A stretch of DNA of 64,000 nt from Chiloscyllium plagiosum. Its lineage: Eukaryota. Where the stretch lies: NCBI RefSeq assembly GCF_004010195.1, contig NC_057750.1:8098084-8162083 (forward strand), read 5' to 3'. Position numbers and translations under genes: made by a program. This document shows positions 51,083 through 63,289 of the stretch, piece by piece. The number at the start of each line of letters is the position of its first letter. The stretch's first letter is position 1. The notes under the pieces were generated by a model. That model was not told where the DNA came from. It made no database searches and saw only the letters and a list, made by a program, of their open reading frames with translations.

Positions 51083-53334
51083 CTTTTTTAACGTCTTGGA
51101 CACTTCAATTAAATCACCCCTCATTTTTCTGAAGTCTAGTGGAAACATACTCCATATGTACAAGCTATCCTTATAAGACAGCAGATATTCCAGGTATCAG
51201 TAGTAAATCTTTCTGAACCTCTTGTCAGACATTTACTTTAAAGAAGGAGACCAAAGCTGCACACAATGTTTGAGCTGTAATCTCAATATTTTGTATAATT
51301 GAAGCATAGCATCTTACTTTATGTTAATCTTAAATTGTAATAAAGGATGGCATCCCATTAACCTTCATGCTTGTGCTGTACTAGCATACTGAAGTTTTCA
51401 CTTGTGCACTCAAACACTTAAGTTCCTCTGCAGCTCAAAATTCCGCAGTTGTTCTCCATTTAAGTAATGGTCTGCTTTTTCATCTGTCCTTCCTAAGTGA
51501 ACAACTACGCATTTTCCCCCTTTGCATTCATCTCCAGTTTTTCTTCCCTTAGATGACCTGTCTACCTGTTCATAAACCTCTATTTTTCATCTTCAGAACA
51601 TAATATTCTATCCATCTTGGTGTCCTATAGAAATTTAGCTACCATGCCTTTGGTTGCCTCATCTAAGTCACAAAAGGTTGAGGCTCCAGCATAGATCTCC
51701 GTGGGACTCCACTCATCAAATCCTGCCAGTTGTCAAAGATTCTTGCATATTTTGTTATGTGCCAAGCAGCCAATCTACCATCTCTGCTGTTGTTCCCCGC
51801 TACACTTTGAAATGTTATTTTCTATGATAACTTGTGGAATCATTATCAAATGCCTCCTTTAAATCCAAGTGTAATATGTTAACAGGCTTCCCTGTATCTA
51901 CAGCAGGTTACTCCTTCAAAGAAGTCCAATAAATTGGTTTAAAAATGATTTCCTTTTGACATAGCCATGTTAACTCTTCCCAAATGCCAGTGCCTTTTAT
52001 TTTTGAAGTGCCTAGCTGTGATCTCTTAAATTTTTTAACATCTTGCTTCATGATTGACATCAAGCAAACTGGCCAATAGTTTTCTATTTTCCTTAATAAA
52101 CAAGCAGATTCATCCCTCTTTCCCAACCTTCAAAGTTGTATGGCTACGATTTGTCATGTGATTGGCTTCAGTGTCTGAAGTTTTATGCTTAATAGTATGC
52201 TCAGAGAATATTTTTATGCATTGTTTTAGCTCTATGGCAGAAATGCTGGATTTCTTAATAATTAAAAGCTAATTTAATTGTACAGTGAAGGAGGCTGGTT
52301 CACCGTATGAGCTGTTGGAGTGGAAAACTTCAATTTTCAGTTTTTTGCTAACATGATTACTGGTTTAATGCCAGATGTCTGGTGATCCCCAAGATGGGTG
52401 TTGGCCACTCCAGGAGTGCTGCTCCCCAAATGAATAATCAAAGCAATGTACAAATTTTAACCAGCAATAGAATTCTGGCGTCAGTCTCCAGGTCACTTTG
52501 AAAATATTTAGTGTCACATGGATTGAATGTGATCATATGGAACACGGTCCAAAATCCAAACTATAGTTGCACTTTCTCAAACCGATATCTCAGCACTTTG
52601 CTGATAAAAGCAGAGTGCTATACTGTTGTTGCCAACAGCCAAATTATTGACCTGATTAATCACAACTTTTTTTTAGTTGTTTGTTTTGGTGGATCTGTTA
52701 AATTATGGAACCAATGAATTACTTTTTTCAATATAATCTTGTTGATATTTGCAAAATTTCATCTCGAAATTTGCACATATTGCTTTTAGCTCTTAAAATT
52801 TTTAAGTTTAACGTTTTTTTAAGTCTAAAGATTATGCTGTTTGTGTTGCTGATCAGGTTATGACAATGCTGTGAGCTGATTGTTTGCTTCAAGTACAAAA
52901 CCTATTTGAAGGTTGTGCATGTGCAATAATCTAGTCAGCATTTGTAACTCCTCCTACTTCATAAATAGTATAAGTTGTCTGAATTGGAAAGATTGTTCAA
53001 TATCATGGTAGCCAGTACGAGACCTATAAATATTGCAGAACGTTACAGTATTATTGGAGCAACTTTCCTTCTGCTTCAAGTATTTCATTTTATTTTGATT
53101 TCTTCAAAGTTCTGTGGAGGAACAGCAATCCCATTTTCAGTCTTAAAGCTAACTATTTTAATCAGTTCATTTTCTTCTGAAATTGTGCACTGTCAGAATG
53201 GAAGGGAAAAACTAATCTGTGGCCATACTTCAGAAAACCTTTTGGAATTGAAAGCTGCATCTGGTTCTGAACCATTCTTGGTGTCCATAAACTTGTGTTG
53301 GTGTGAAGCACATTGTCACTGTCTAATTTGAATG

Positions 53335-53760
53335 CTGTAGAATCCTAGAGTGATTTCAGTGCAGGAGGTGGTTACTTAGTCTATCAAATCCTTGTCAACA
53401 CTCTTTCACATAATCTTTCTTTCAGTCCTATTCTCTTCCTCTATCCTTGTACCATGCAAGGTTATTTGTTCAGGTGTCCTCGAATTTCCTTTTAAAATCT
53501 TTCTGTCTGCATTTTCTACAATTTCACCACTGTCATAGGCAGCAAGTTGCAGGTTATTACTACTTGCTGGGTTTTTTTTGGGGAAACGAGGTTTCTTTCC
53601 CCCTCATCTGCATTTCATGCCCAAAACCTTAGATCAATATCCCTTGATCATTGTTACACATGGAAACTATTTTCTTTTGTCTACTTTTTTTTTATATAGA
53701 CTTGTCAACCTTGCACATCTCTTGATTCTCTCAACATTCCTTGCTCCAAAAATAGCATCC
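53335..53760 (-). mobile_element. Old CR1 3' fragment
   Basis: tagaatcctagagtgatttcagtgcaggagg...catggaaactattttcttttgtctac. Confidence 0.55.
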
Positions 53761-54159
53761 AATTTGTTCAACTATGTCAATGCTGTGGCTTGAAGTGTAT
53801 TTTGTCCTGGTGGTGAGCAGTATTAGAAGATAAAAAGTTTGTGAGGCTTTTTTTTTAAGTTGGAGCAATAGAAGTATTGGAATGGATGTGGTTGAACTCT
53901 GACAGAACCAGGGTCTTTAATTTAGATTTCAGCAATTGCTCTGGCATCTTGAAGTGAGAGTGCATTTTCCATCTCAGGGTTACAGCTGAAACCTGGAATG
54001 TTCTCTCCAAATTGTCTTTTAATGTTCTTTTCTCCTTGATTTGAGATGTGCAGTTGAGGCTACCTGCTTGCTAAATTTGCCTTTTGCCAAACGTGTATTT
54101 ATGGGATGTTAATATATTGGAAAAGTTAGTATTGGTTACTGTATCTATTATTGTTCCAA

Positions 54160-54343
54160 GTTCCTCATTCTTGTGTATTTTAACTAAAGTGTTTGAATTG
54201 TTTTAACATTGAGTAGTTTGACCAATCGAATTGCATCTGGAACAAAGCACCTTATCTTATTTTATTTGCCTTTAAAATAGGAGAGAAGTGGGGGTCTGTG
54301 CTACCTTAATGTATTTTGAGGAGGTCTGACCTGGTTCATAACA
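54160..54343 (+). mobile_element. Partial LTR-like element (same family as 21985 and 29606, opposite orientation)
   Basis: tttgaccaatcgaattgcatctggaaca...ggtctgacctggttcATAACA. Confidence 0.6.
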
Positions 54344-54468
54344 CAGCCTAACTTGGTAGTATAGCTAAGGGTCCTTATCCCTGGAGTCCGGAAGCATTCT
54401 GATCAATTTTCTCTCATCCATCCTCAAGACCACCAGAATAGGTGCAGTCTTTAAAGCCTTGGTGAGGC

Positions 54469-54602
54469 CATTCCTGATGAAGGGCTTTTGCCCAAAACGT
54501 CGATTTTCCCTGCTTCTCGGATGCTGCCTGGCCTGCTGTGCTTTTCCAGCACCACTCTAATCTGGACTCTGATCTCCAGCATCTGCAGTCCTCACTTTTG
54601 CC
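54469..54602 (+). mobile_element. Family A PLE/hammerhead monomer
   Basis: cattcCTGATGAagggcttttgcccAAAACGTC plus the full family tail. Confidence 0.88.
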
Positions 54603-54747
54603 ATTTTTCTTTATAAACCTAGTCCGTATTTCTGACTTGTGTTGTACTTAGTTTGTGTTTGCATTTGCTGATTGCTGCCACCCATCTAATTATACACGGG
54701 ACATGCTTAAACTGCAGTGTGTAGTGGTCTGAGTTATTTTGTGGTAG

Positions 54748-54893
54748 CTCCCAGCCTCATTCCTGATGAAGGGCTTTTGCCTGAAATGTAGATTTTTTTT
54801 TCCCTGTTCTTCCGATGCTGCCTGACCTGCTGTGCTTTTTCAGTACCACACTGTTGACTCTAATCTCCAGTATCCGCAGTACTCCCTTTCACC
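54748..54893 (+). mobile_element. Family A PLE/hammerhead monomer with 14-bp TSD
   Basis: TSD ttattttgtggtag (54734-54747) / ttattttgcggtag (54894-54907). Confidence 0.85.
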
Positions 54894-55335
54894 TTATTTT
54901 GCGGTAGTGTAACCTTTACCAGTGGAGGATGAAGTAGATCTGAGGAAGAAAAATGTTGCTGTATTGGAATGAATGATATTGTTTTTTTAACTGAATGGAA
55001 AGCCAAGACTTGTTATTTTGGTTTTCACAACCTGGGATTGTCTGAAAGCATTTTACAGTTAATGAAGTACTTCTAAAACTATAGTCAGTGTTGTACCACT
55101 GCTATTATGACCTGAACTCTAAAGTATGTGCATAATTCATTTCATGTAGTAATAGAGCTGAGTATATATGATTTTGATAGGAGACATTGAGAGAGCAAGT
55201 ATTATGTCCTGTTCTATTGTCATCCCTGAAGTTTAATATTGTACAAATTTACCAGTCCTCAACACTATGTTCTGGTAAGTGTGCTATGAATGTAGATTCC
55301 TATGTTACTAAAGCTTCTGCATATTTTTCTTTCAG

Positions 55336-55480
55336 AAACCCAAGCCCAAACCTCGACCTTCTATTTCAAGGAGTACTTGGGAAAGCAATTATTTTGGAGT
55401 GCCTCTGGCTTCTGTGGTAACACTGGAAAAGCCTATTCCTGTCTTCATCGAGAAATGCATAGAATTTATTGATTCTAATG
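55336..55480 (+). CDS. ARHGAP35: ARHGAP35 second coding exon (145 nt; end of polybasic region and start of RhoGAP domain)
   Basis: Acceptor TTTTTCTTTCAG|AAA and donor AATG|GTAAGA. Translates in frame with the previous exon as [48 protein letters not shown](G), matching p190[25 protein letters not shown]. Confidence 0.96.
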
Positions 55481-58400
55481 GTAAGACAACAGTTCAGATA
55501 GTATCTTGTCTCCGATTCATTCAGATAAAACAACCTGCGAATATTTGCACATGCACCAATCTTGTATTTGATCAACTTGACTGAAACAGGTTTTGTTCAT
55601 GAATCAGGGACTGGATTTTCACAGCATAACTGAAGACATTCTCCTGATTCTTGAGCAAATTTTGAGTTGGTTTTTGGGATATAAAACAAGCATTTGGAAA
55701 AGCTAGTGCAGGCCCTTTTAAACAATGATAAAAAGTTTACGTTGTTTGAATAGAAGTATCTAAGGTAAAATAATAGTTTCCATTTTTGCCTAGAGGATTA
55801 TAGGATTAGTTATGAACAGAAGATATTGATAGTTCGTGATATTTCAGTTTTTTTTTCACGGATTCTTTTCAGAGCATTGGTTGTGAAGGTTTTTTCATCT
55901 TGATCATACCATGTCTGACTCCAGTACTCAATAGGAGGGATCTGACTGCAATGGAAACATTTGTGGCATAAATGTATTTGTGTAAAATCTTAGATCTTTA
56001 TGCTGTCTTTAATATAAATTATCTGCTTAGGAGATTGATGATCCAATGTAACCCTAGTAATGAAGGTCATGCAAACCATCATGGCTGTGTTGTTGTAACA
56101 GAAAACATGAACTTCGTGCAAAGACTTAGATTGGAAAAAGATTTGGAGGCTGGTATCTTGCACATTTGTCTCATTCCCATTCCCATTCTCAAAAATTGCT
56201 GTTTTCATTCTTGGACAGTAAGGTAATAAACGTGGAGTGGACCAATGGAAGAGAAGTTAACGCAAGGAGTTAAAGGTGTCGACATATATCAGGCATTTGT
56301 GTGACAGAGAATGAGAGACTTTTCAGTTTTTAAACCATTTTCTCCATTTAGCCCGTAAGTGTTCTGTTCTGTTCTGTTCTGTGTAAACAGCACTATGGAC
56401 TCTGCTTTAGAGTGGAATAACGGACCAGTGGTTATTTATTTAATGAGTCTACACTATGAAGTCTGTAATTGAGAATCCACAATAGAATGCACTGGATTGA
56501 AAACAGCTAAGCATCTAACTATGTAACTTGTCACAGGATCTTAAGTGGAATATTTAAAATTGATCAGTGAAGGCAGGGTTTAAGCAGGTACAGCTTATCT
56601 TGTTTTGTGAACTGGAAAGAAACCACCAAATGTCAGGCAGGTAATAAAAACAAGGGATTTACTTCTGTAGTTTTGAACATATCTGCTTTCATTTGATGCT
56701 TATTTATCTATTTGAATTGAATATTGAAAATTGAATTGAATAATAGAAATGCTAGGTGTGATATTAATTGGGGGGGGAGGAGGAGGAGGAGAAAGTAGCT
56801 AAGTGTGTACCTTCTACATACCTCCGGTTTCAGTTGTGTCTCAATGTTGGCATCTCCTGTGCGAGCAATGTCTCCAGTCTGCATTCAATTACGCTGCCGG
56901 ATACAGGAAAAGGGATATGAAATTGTAAAATGTCAATTTGTGAATTATTTTATCCTGCTGGATGCTGTATAATTAGGTGAAATTCAACAACTGTCATTTC
57001 ACACTTGCGATTAGCTTTGGACAAATACAAATTGGATGTCCTTCCACAAATTCTTTTGACAATTTTAAAAAATATTTTGTTTGAATTGGAGACTGCGTTT
57101 GAAACTTTGAGCTTCTAATAAGTTCAGTGTAACAAATTAGAGAAAATCATTTTAATTTATTTTGGGCAAATGAACCAAAGTGAGTGGTTGCATAGTTAGC
57201 CATTCTCATTTGTTCAAGAAGCCTTTCACATTTGACCTATTCTTGAAACTTGACAAGCATGTTGTTGCAGTGCAAATAACTAGAAATCCAGTGTGCTGGA
57301 TGTTCAACATGCTGCTTTGGCTTCACTTGCAACAGCCTTTAAACAGCCTGCTTCATTTTTCATGCTCTTACCTCTTTGAGAAAATACCTTTTCTTATTTC
57401 CTGCCAATTGAAGAATTGGCATTATTGTTAATCTTTCAAATGGAGGACCTGTAAAGATAATTAATTACAGTAGAAACAGTGACACAAGTACTTTGTCTTT
57501 CTGCACATTGTCTGTATGTGTCCTGACCAACCATAGAAGTTGTCGGAAAATACAAGCTGTGATTGCAATCAGCAAGTAGCAGTGAACAGCCCTAATCGTT
57601 TTTAAATGCTCCTAGCAGTGTATAAGCTCTGACGTTTGCATTCTGTGCTAATAGTTGGATTTGAATTCCTTATCTTCCCTTGTTTTGTACTCCCCAAATA
57701 TTTTGACTTTTGCTTGGATTACAATTGTACAAGTTACCTCTTGTTTCTTGTCCAAGTCACATTTCAATGGAGACTGCCTCTGGGGCACTGAGGCCAGTTC
57801 TAACATTCCAACTGTAACAGACCAAAACAGATCACATATTGAACCTGGCACCTTGTTTCTTATATAGAGTCTTTACATGCTGCCAAACAAACCAGCAGGG
57901 ATGCTGACAGAGAATATTTTTCTTCAGCTAATATTCTCATTGGAAAGTATCCATTCATTTCTCAGAATGCTGCCTGATTGTGGCTCATTTCGCTTTTCAA
58001 AGGATTAAAGTAGCAGCACAAACATAAATGTGGCTTTGTGCCATTGAATTTATTTTAAAATCTAATCAGTTTCTGCTGGTGGCGGGGTTAACCCTTCAGG
58101 AAATGCTTTTTGCGATCTTAATTCATCACCAAATTGCTGCTAGGTTAGTTCTAGATCTGTAGCCAGCTGTGCTCTGCTGTTTGGCTTAAATGGTATCACC
58201 AGATGTGTCTCCAAGTTGCCCACAATTTAATTTAAATCTAGTATAAATGTTTTGTGCATGGCTTCCATTATGCTGAACTGAAATAACAAGAGCATTGCCT
58301 AGTTTTCAGTCAATGCATTGCATAGAAAATAATGAATATTGGGAAGCAATTTAAAGCCTGGTCATCTCTTCAAGGGATTTGAATGCCATTGTAAATTACA

Positions 58401-58609
58401 GAACAAAATCTTACTGTTTCGTCATCTGGCTTTTAGATCTGTGGTGCCAGTTAATCATGGTAAATAAAATGCCATGATTTATAATTTACTTATACCCAAT
58501 AACAGTTCCTTCCTCCTGTCCGAGCCATTCAAAGCAATGTTTTGCTGTGTTTTATTTATCAATCCTATGCTACTGCACATAATTTCAGTCTTCCCCATGT
58601 CTGTTTTGC

Positions 58610-60290
58610 CATTAAGACAAAAAGGCAAGTATAGGCCATTCAGTTTAGAGTCTGCTTCACCAAACAATGCAATCATGGCTGATCTGATGATCCTCAACCT
58701 CACTTGCCTACCTTCTCTTCAACCCTCCCCCACCCCCATAACCCTTGATTCCCTTGCTGATTTTAAAAAATCTGTCTCAGCCTTGAATGTATTTAATAAC
58801 TCAGCCACAACTGCCCTCTCTGGTAAAGATTTCAACAGATTTGCTACCCTCTGACAAAAGAGATTCCTCCTCATCTCTGTCTTAAATGTATGTCCCTTAT
58901 GCAATTTATGCCCTCTAGTCTGAAACTTTGCCACAAGGAGAATTTACTTTTCCCCATCTACCTTGTAAAGTCCCCTAAGAATCCTGTATTTTAACTAAGT
59001 TTACTTCTCATACTTCAATATTTCAATGTGTACAGACCTAATCTATTCCAGCCTCTCCCCAAAAGATAGTCCCTCATACCTGGTACCAGCCTTCTCTGGA
59101 TTGCTTCCAGTGCCAGTATATTTTTCCTTAGATAAGGGGCACAAAATGTGTCTGAGTTTTCGAGCTGTGATCTGATCAGTGCCTTGCATAATTTTAGTAA
59201 AACCTCCCCCATCTTTATATTCCATTTCTTCTAAAATGTAGGCCAACATTCCATTTCCATTCCCATCCCACTGAACATGAATGTTAGTTTTTTGTGATTC
59301 ATGGACAAAACTCTCATCTCTCTTTAGCTTTCTGCAATATTTAACAATTTAAATAATATTAAGTTGCTGTCTTCCTGCCAGGTGCGTAACCTCCATTTTT
59401 CCACTTTATATACCATATGCCAAGTTTTTGCCTACTCACTGCAGATTGTGTCATCCTTACCTTTACTTCTCACGTTTTAGTGTCATCTGCAATCTTGGCT
59501 ATATTACATTCACTTTCCTCGTCCAAGTTATTACTGTATGTTGTAAATAATTGTAGTTCCAGTACTGATCCCTGTGGCACTTCACTAGTTGCAGGTCTCC
59601 ATCCTGAAAATGTCCCTTATTCTAGTTCTATGTTCTATTAGTTAGCCAATGCTCTGCACATGTTAAATATTAATACCATGGACTCTTCTCTTTATTATGT
59701 AGCCTAACACGTGGTGCATTATGAAATGCCTTCTCAAATTCAAATTACTGCATCCACTGACCCCTTTATCAACCCTGCTTGTTACCCCTTCAGAACTCTA
59801 GTAGATTTGACAGGTATGGCTTTGCCTTCATGAAGCCATGCTGACTCTGCTTGATCATATTACATATTTCTAAATGCTTTGCTATTACATCCTTCCTAGA
59901 CTTTAATATTTTCTCAGTAACACAAGTTGAGGTAACTGGTCAGTAGTTACATGGTTTTTGTTCCCTTCCCTTTTGAAATGAAAGTGTTATTGGCAGTTTT
60001 CCAGTCTTCTAGGACTTCTCCAGTATCAGTATCTAAGGAGTCCTGGAAAATGTACTACCAGGGGATCCACTATCTTTGTAGCTGCTTCCTTTAACATCCT
60101 AGGATATATCCAATCAGGTCCAGGGAGCTTGTTGGTCTTTAGCCCCATTACTTTTTCTGTAATGATAGGTATTGTATTTATTTCCTGTCTTTTCATTGTC
60201 CCTTGAATATTTAGGAATTTTCCACTGTTTTAGTGTCTTCCACTAAAGACTGGTATAATGTGTTTATTTAACCACTCTGCCATTTCCTCC
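58610..60290 (-). mobile_element. Degraded CR1 LINE (RT to 3' end)
   Basis: Minus-strand translations TRGHKL..FKTEMRRNLFCQRV and LLKLCKALIRSQLE; reverse EVPQGSVL near 59570. Confidence 0.85.
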
Positions 60291-63084
60291 CTCTGGTATC
60301 TTCCCAGTCTGTCCCTTTGAGCATCTTGTCTTGGATATTTGAATATGTTGTTTAATAATTAGTGAGTAACATGGCTTATATGACATGAGTTTTAGGTCGT
60401 TCAATGAAAAGTTGTAAAACAAATTGGTGTCAGCATTATTGTAACTTTTTCATAAAAATAAATGAGACAAATACCAAGTAATCTGCTTTAATACCAAAAC
60501 CATTGTATTAATCCTCACTTAAAGCTGTTTTTTAAATTTTTAAGGACTAATTTTGGCAAAACATCAAGATTTGTTTTTGGGAGAGTTGCTAAAATCCAAA
60601 GTCTTTGTGCATAGTACATTGCTCATAACAGGGTAATTCACTATTTGGGTGTGTCACAAGGACTACACGTAATTGGGAATTTAGGTATTCTCATTAGATT
60701 TAACACAAGGCCAGAGGAGCTGAACACTCATGGCTCTGAGGTAAGGTTTACTGCATTATCAGTTTGGAATGTCTTCTGGTTTCCTATTGAGAGCTGGGCT
60801 TTTGTGCCAGGACTGAGTGTTTGTTTGTATCGGCCCCAGCTTTCTGCTTGATTGATGTGGCTGCTCAATAGTACTTAACTCAAATGGCCATTAAAATCAT
60901 TTAGTGTTGAGTTTATAAGAAAAACAATTATTTTCCAGAAAATTCTATTACAAGCTAGGATAATATTTAATCAAATGTCCTGTTTGTAGTTTTTCAAATT
61001 AGCTTTTACAGTTTATATTTTACAAAACATTTTTGCTTCTGGTTCTCCTCAAGACCAGACAACCAGGAGTAAAATGCTTGAGTGTGTTCTACTCTGGTAT
61101 TTTCTGTAAAGCCATGTAATATTTGTTGATCTCATATCACAGAGAAGGTTGCCTCCAGGCTACATTCTTTTCCATCTTGTTGGAAAGCCTCATTCTAAGA
61201 TCTTCTAATCTGGCATTGAATACTTCACATCTCTCAGTCAATATATTTCTTCCTTCTTTTGAAGTCCTTCATTTTGATCACAGTATGTGCACGCGCTCTT
61301 ACCCTGTTCAGATTGTCCTTTGGGCTGTTGTGCCTTTATTCCCTGCAAAGTTTCTTTCTTATGACTCAAAATCAGTTGGTACGAAACGCCATAGAGAAAC
61401 ACGAATGAAATCTGATCCAGTTCTTGCTGAATGCAGGAAGTGATGGATTAGAAAGGAAATCTCCATTTACAGTTTGCTTAACCTGAGTAACCTAAAACCT
61501 TCACTTCAGGAGGTCTTTTGACTCCATCTACAATTCTGCTAATTTTCCTCCTCCAACTTTGTTACGCTACCAAGGAAAAGTAGTTGAAAAAATAAGTTTA
61601 AGCAAGCTGGCTTTCATTTCTCCCACTTAAGCATTTTGAATTAAGCATCAAATGTCAAGTGCCATTATTTTTGACAGCAGTCTGTAAATTCAAAAGGATG
61701 ACTTTGAGGAAAGACCAGTTGAGACAGTATAATTAGTATTCAGTTCTAAACTTTATACAATGTTTATTTGAAAACTTAATTAATGTACTGTAGTATTATT
61801 CCATCTGCTATTCTCCACATTAACTGTGAACTATAACCTCTGTCAGTGGTAGTGTGGGAGAGCGTTATGTTTTTTGACTGCTTGGCTGTCTGTTCATACA
61901 GTGTCATTAATCATCATTTTTGTTCAAAGTGCTCAGTATTTTCCACTGAAATTGGCAGGTATTTGATTTGAATATTTTCTTGGTATTGAGTTCTGCTTTA
62001 AGCCTTCAGCCAACTATTTCACCCAAAAATGGATTGTTACCTCTGAAAGCATTCACTAGTTGGTAAATTAATGGCCAGCATATTAATGTGACAAAGATGT
62101 CTTCATAGTATAAGTGTTGCATATATGGATCTGCTTTCGTGTTAGCAAGTCTGCTCCATACGAAACACTATGAACTGGGTCAAGCCTCTACTAGAAGTGG
62201 TTCTTGTATGTAAATAGAATATTCTGTGAACAGGCATCTACCTTCTCAAATAAAATATTGTCATCCATATCATTCCATATGCCATTTATTTTTGTTAATT
62301 TATATTGAGCTTCTTATTCAGATCGTTGACTGCATTAGGCTGAGAAACTCTTACTGTATAAGCTTTAGTTTGTGTAGAATGACAAGTCATAGAGATGTGC
62401 AGCATGGAAACAGACCCTTCGGTCTAGCTCATGTTCAGACACAGTATAGTTTTACCCTTTTTCTCATTATTCCCGGCCCTGGAGGGAGAGAGAACAATCA
62501 CCCATGTGCAAAGAGACAGGAGTTTAGTCTTCTCTGGAAGAGCAGTTTCTCAATGAACTATATAGTCATTTTGCAGGGAGGCGCATCCAGATAAGGCAAC
62601 ATACATATTAATTGGATGATTGTTACAATTGTGTATCAATAGCAGAGACCAAGCCATTTAATGTTATACAATCAATGTTCTTAACCTTGTTAACTAGATT
62701 CATATAATGGATATTTTTCCCCTTGTTAGCTGACCTTGCATACTGAATGCTTCCAATATTAAATTACTCTACATAATGACTGCTTTTCCACCTTGTTAAC
62801 CCATTACCCTTGCCTCCAGCACCCCATTGTTAACTGTAAGTTCTTATCTGATCTGAATCATGCTCTACTGAACCTCTTGTTTCACAATACTCAGAACATA
62901 ACACTTTCCCTGCCTGCTTATATCCTGTACACATTGTCAAGTTGAACCACCTTGTTACATTATTAATACTCAGTTTTGTATTAGTCAAAGGCAATTGGGA
63001 AAATCTCTGCAATGTTTTTACTTGAATAGAATGAACCAAGTAAATCTTAAATTCAAACCTTGCTCATCTCTTTATGGGTTTTTG

Positions 63085-63260
63085 TTGGAGGTTCAAAACT
63101 TGGCAGATAGAAAGCAGTGTAGGAAAATGTGAAATTATGGACTTTGGCAACAGAAATGGAAGAACTGAATATTACTTTAATAGGGGCGTACTGCACGAAA
63201 CTACAATACATCCAGATTGGTGATCCTTGTTGAATCTGAAAGTGCTGCCATCCAAGTTCC
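63085..63260 (+). mobile_element. CR1 RT fragment
   Basis: tggcagatag...aaatgtgaaattatggactttggc (degenerate WQ...KCE.MHFG). Confidence 0.55.
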
Positions 63261-63289
63261 AAAGGCAGTCGGATCCCACTGCATGATAC

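Larger units (their letters stand above)
49140..52130 (-). mobile_element. Degraded CR1 interrupted by an LTR-like element and a PLE
   Basis: CR1 3' end at 49140-49464, resuming at ~51090 (minus-strand RGDLIEV) and running to NYWPVCL near 52080. Confidence 0.7.
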
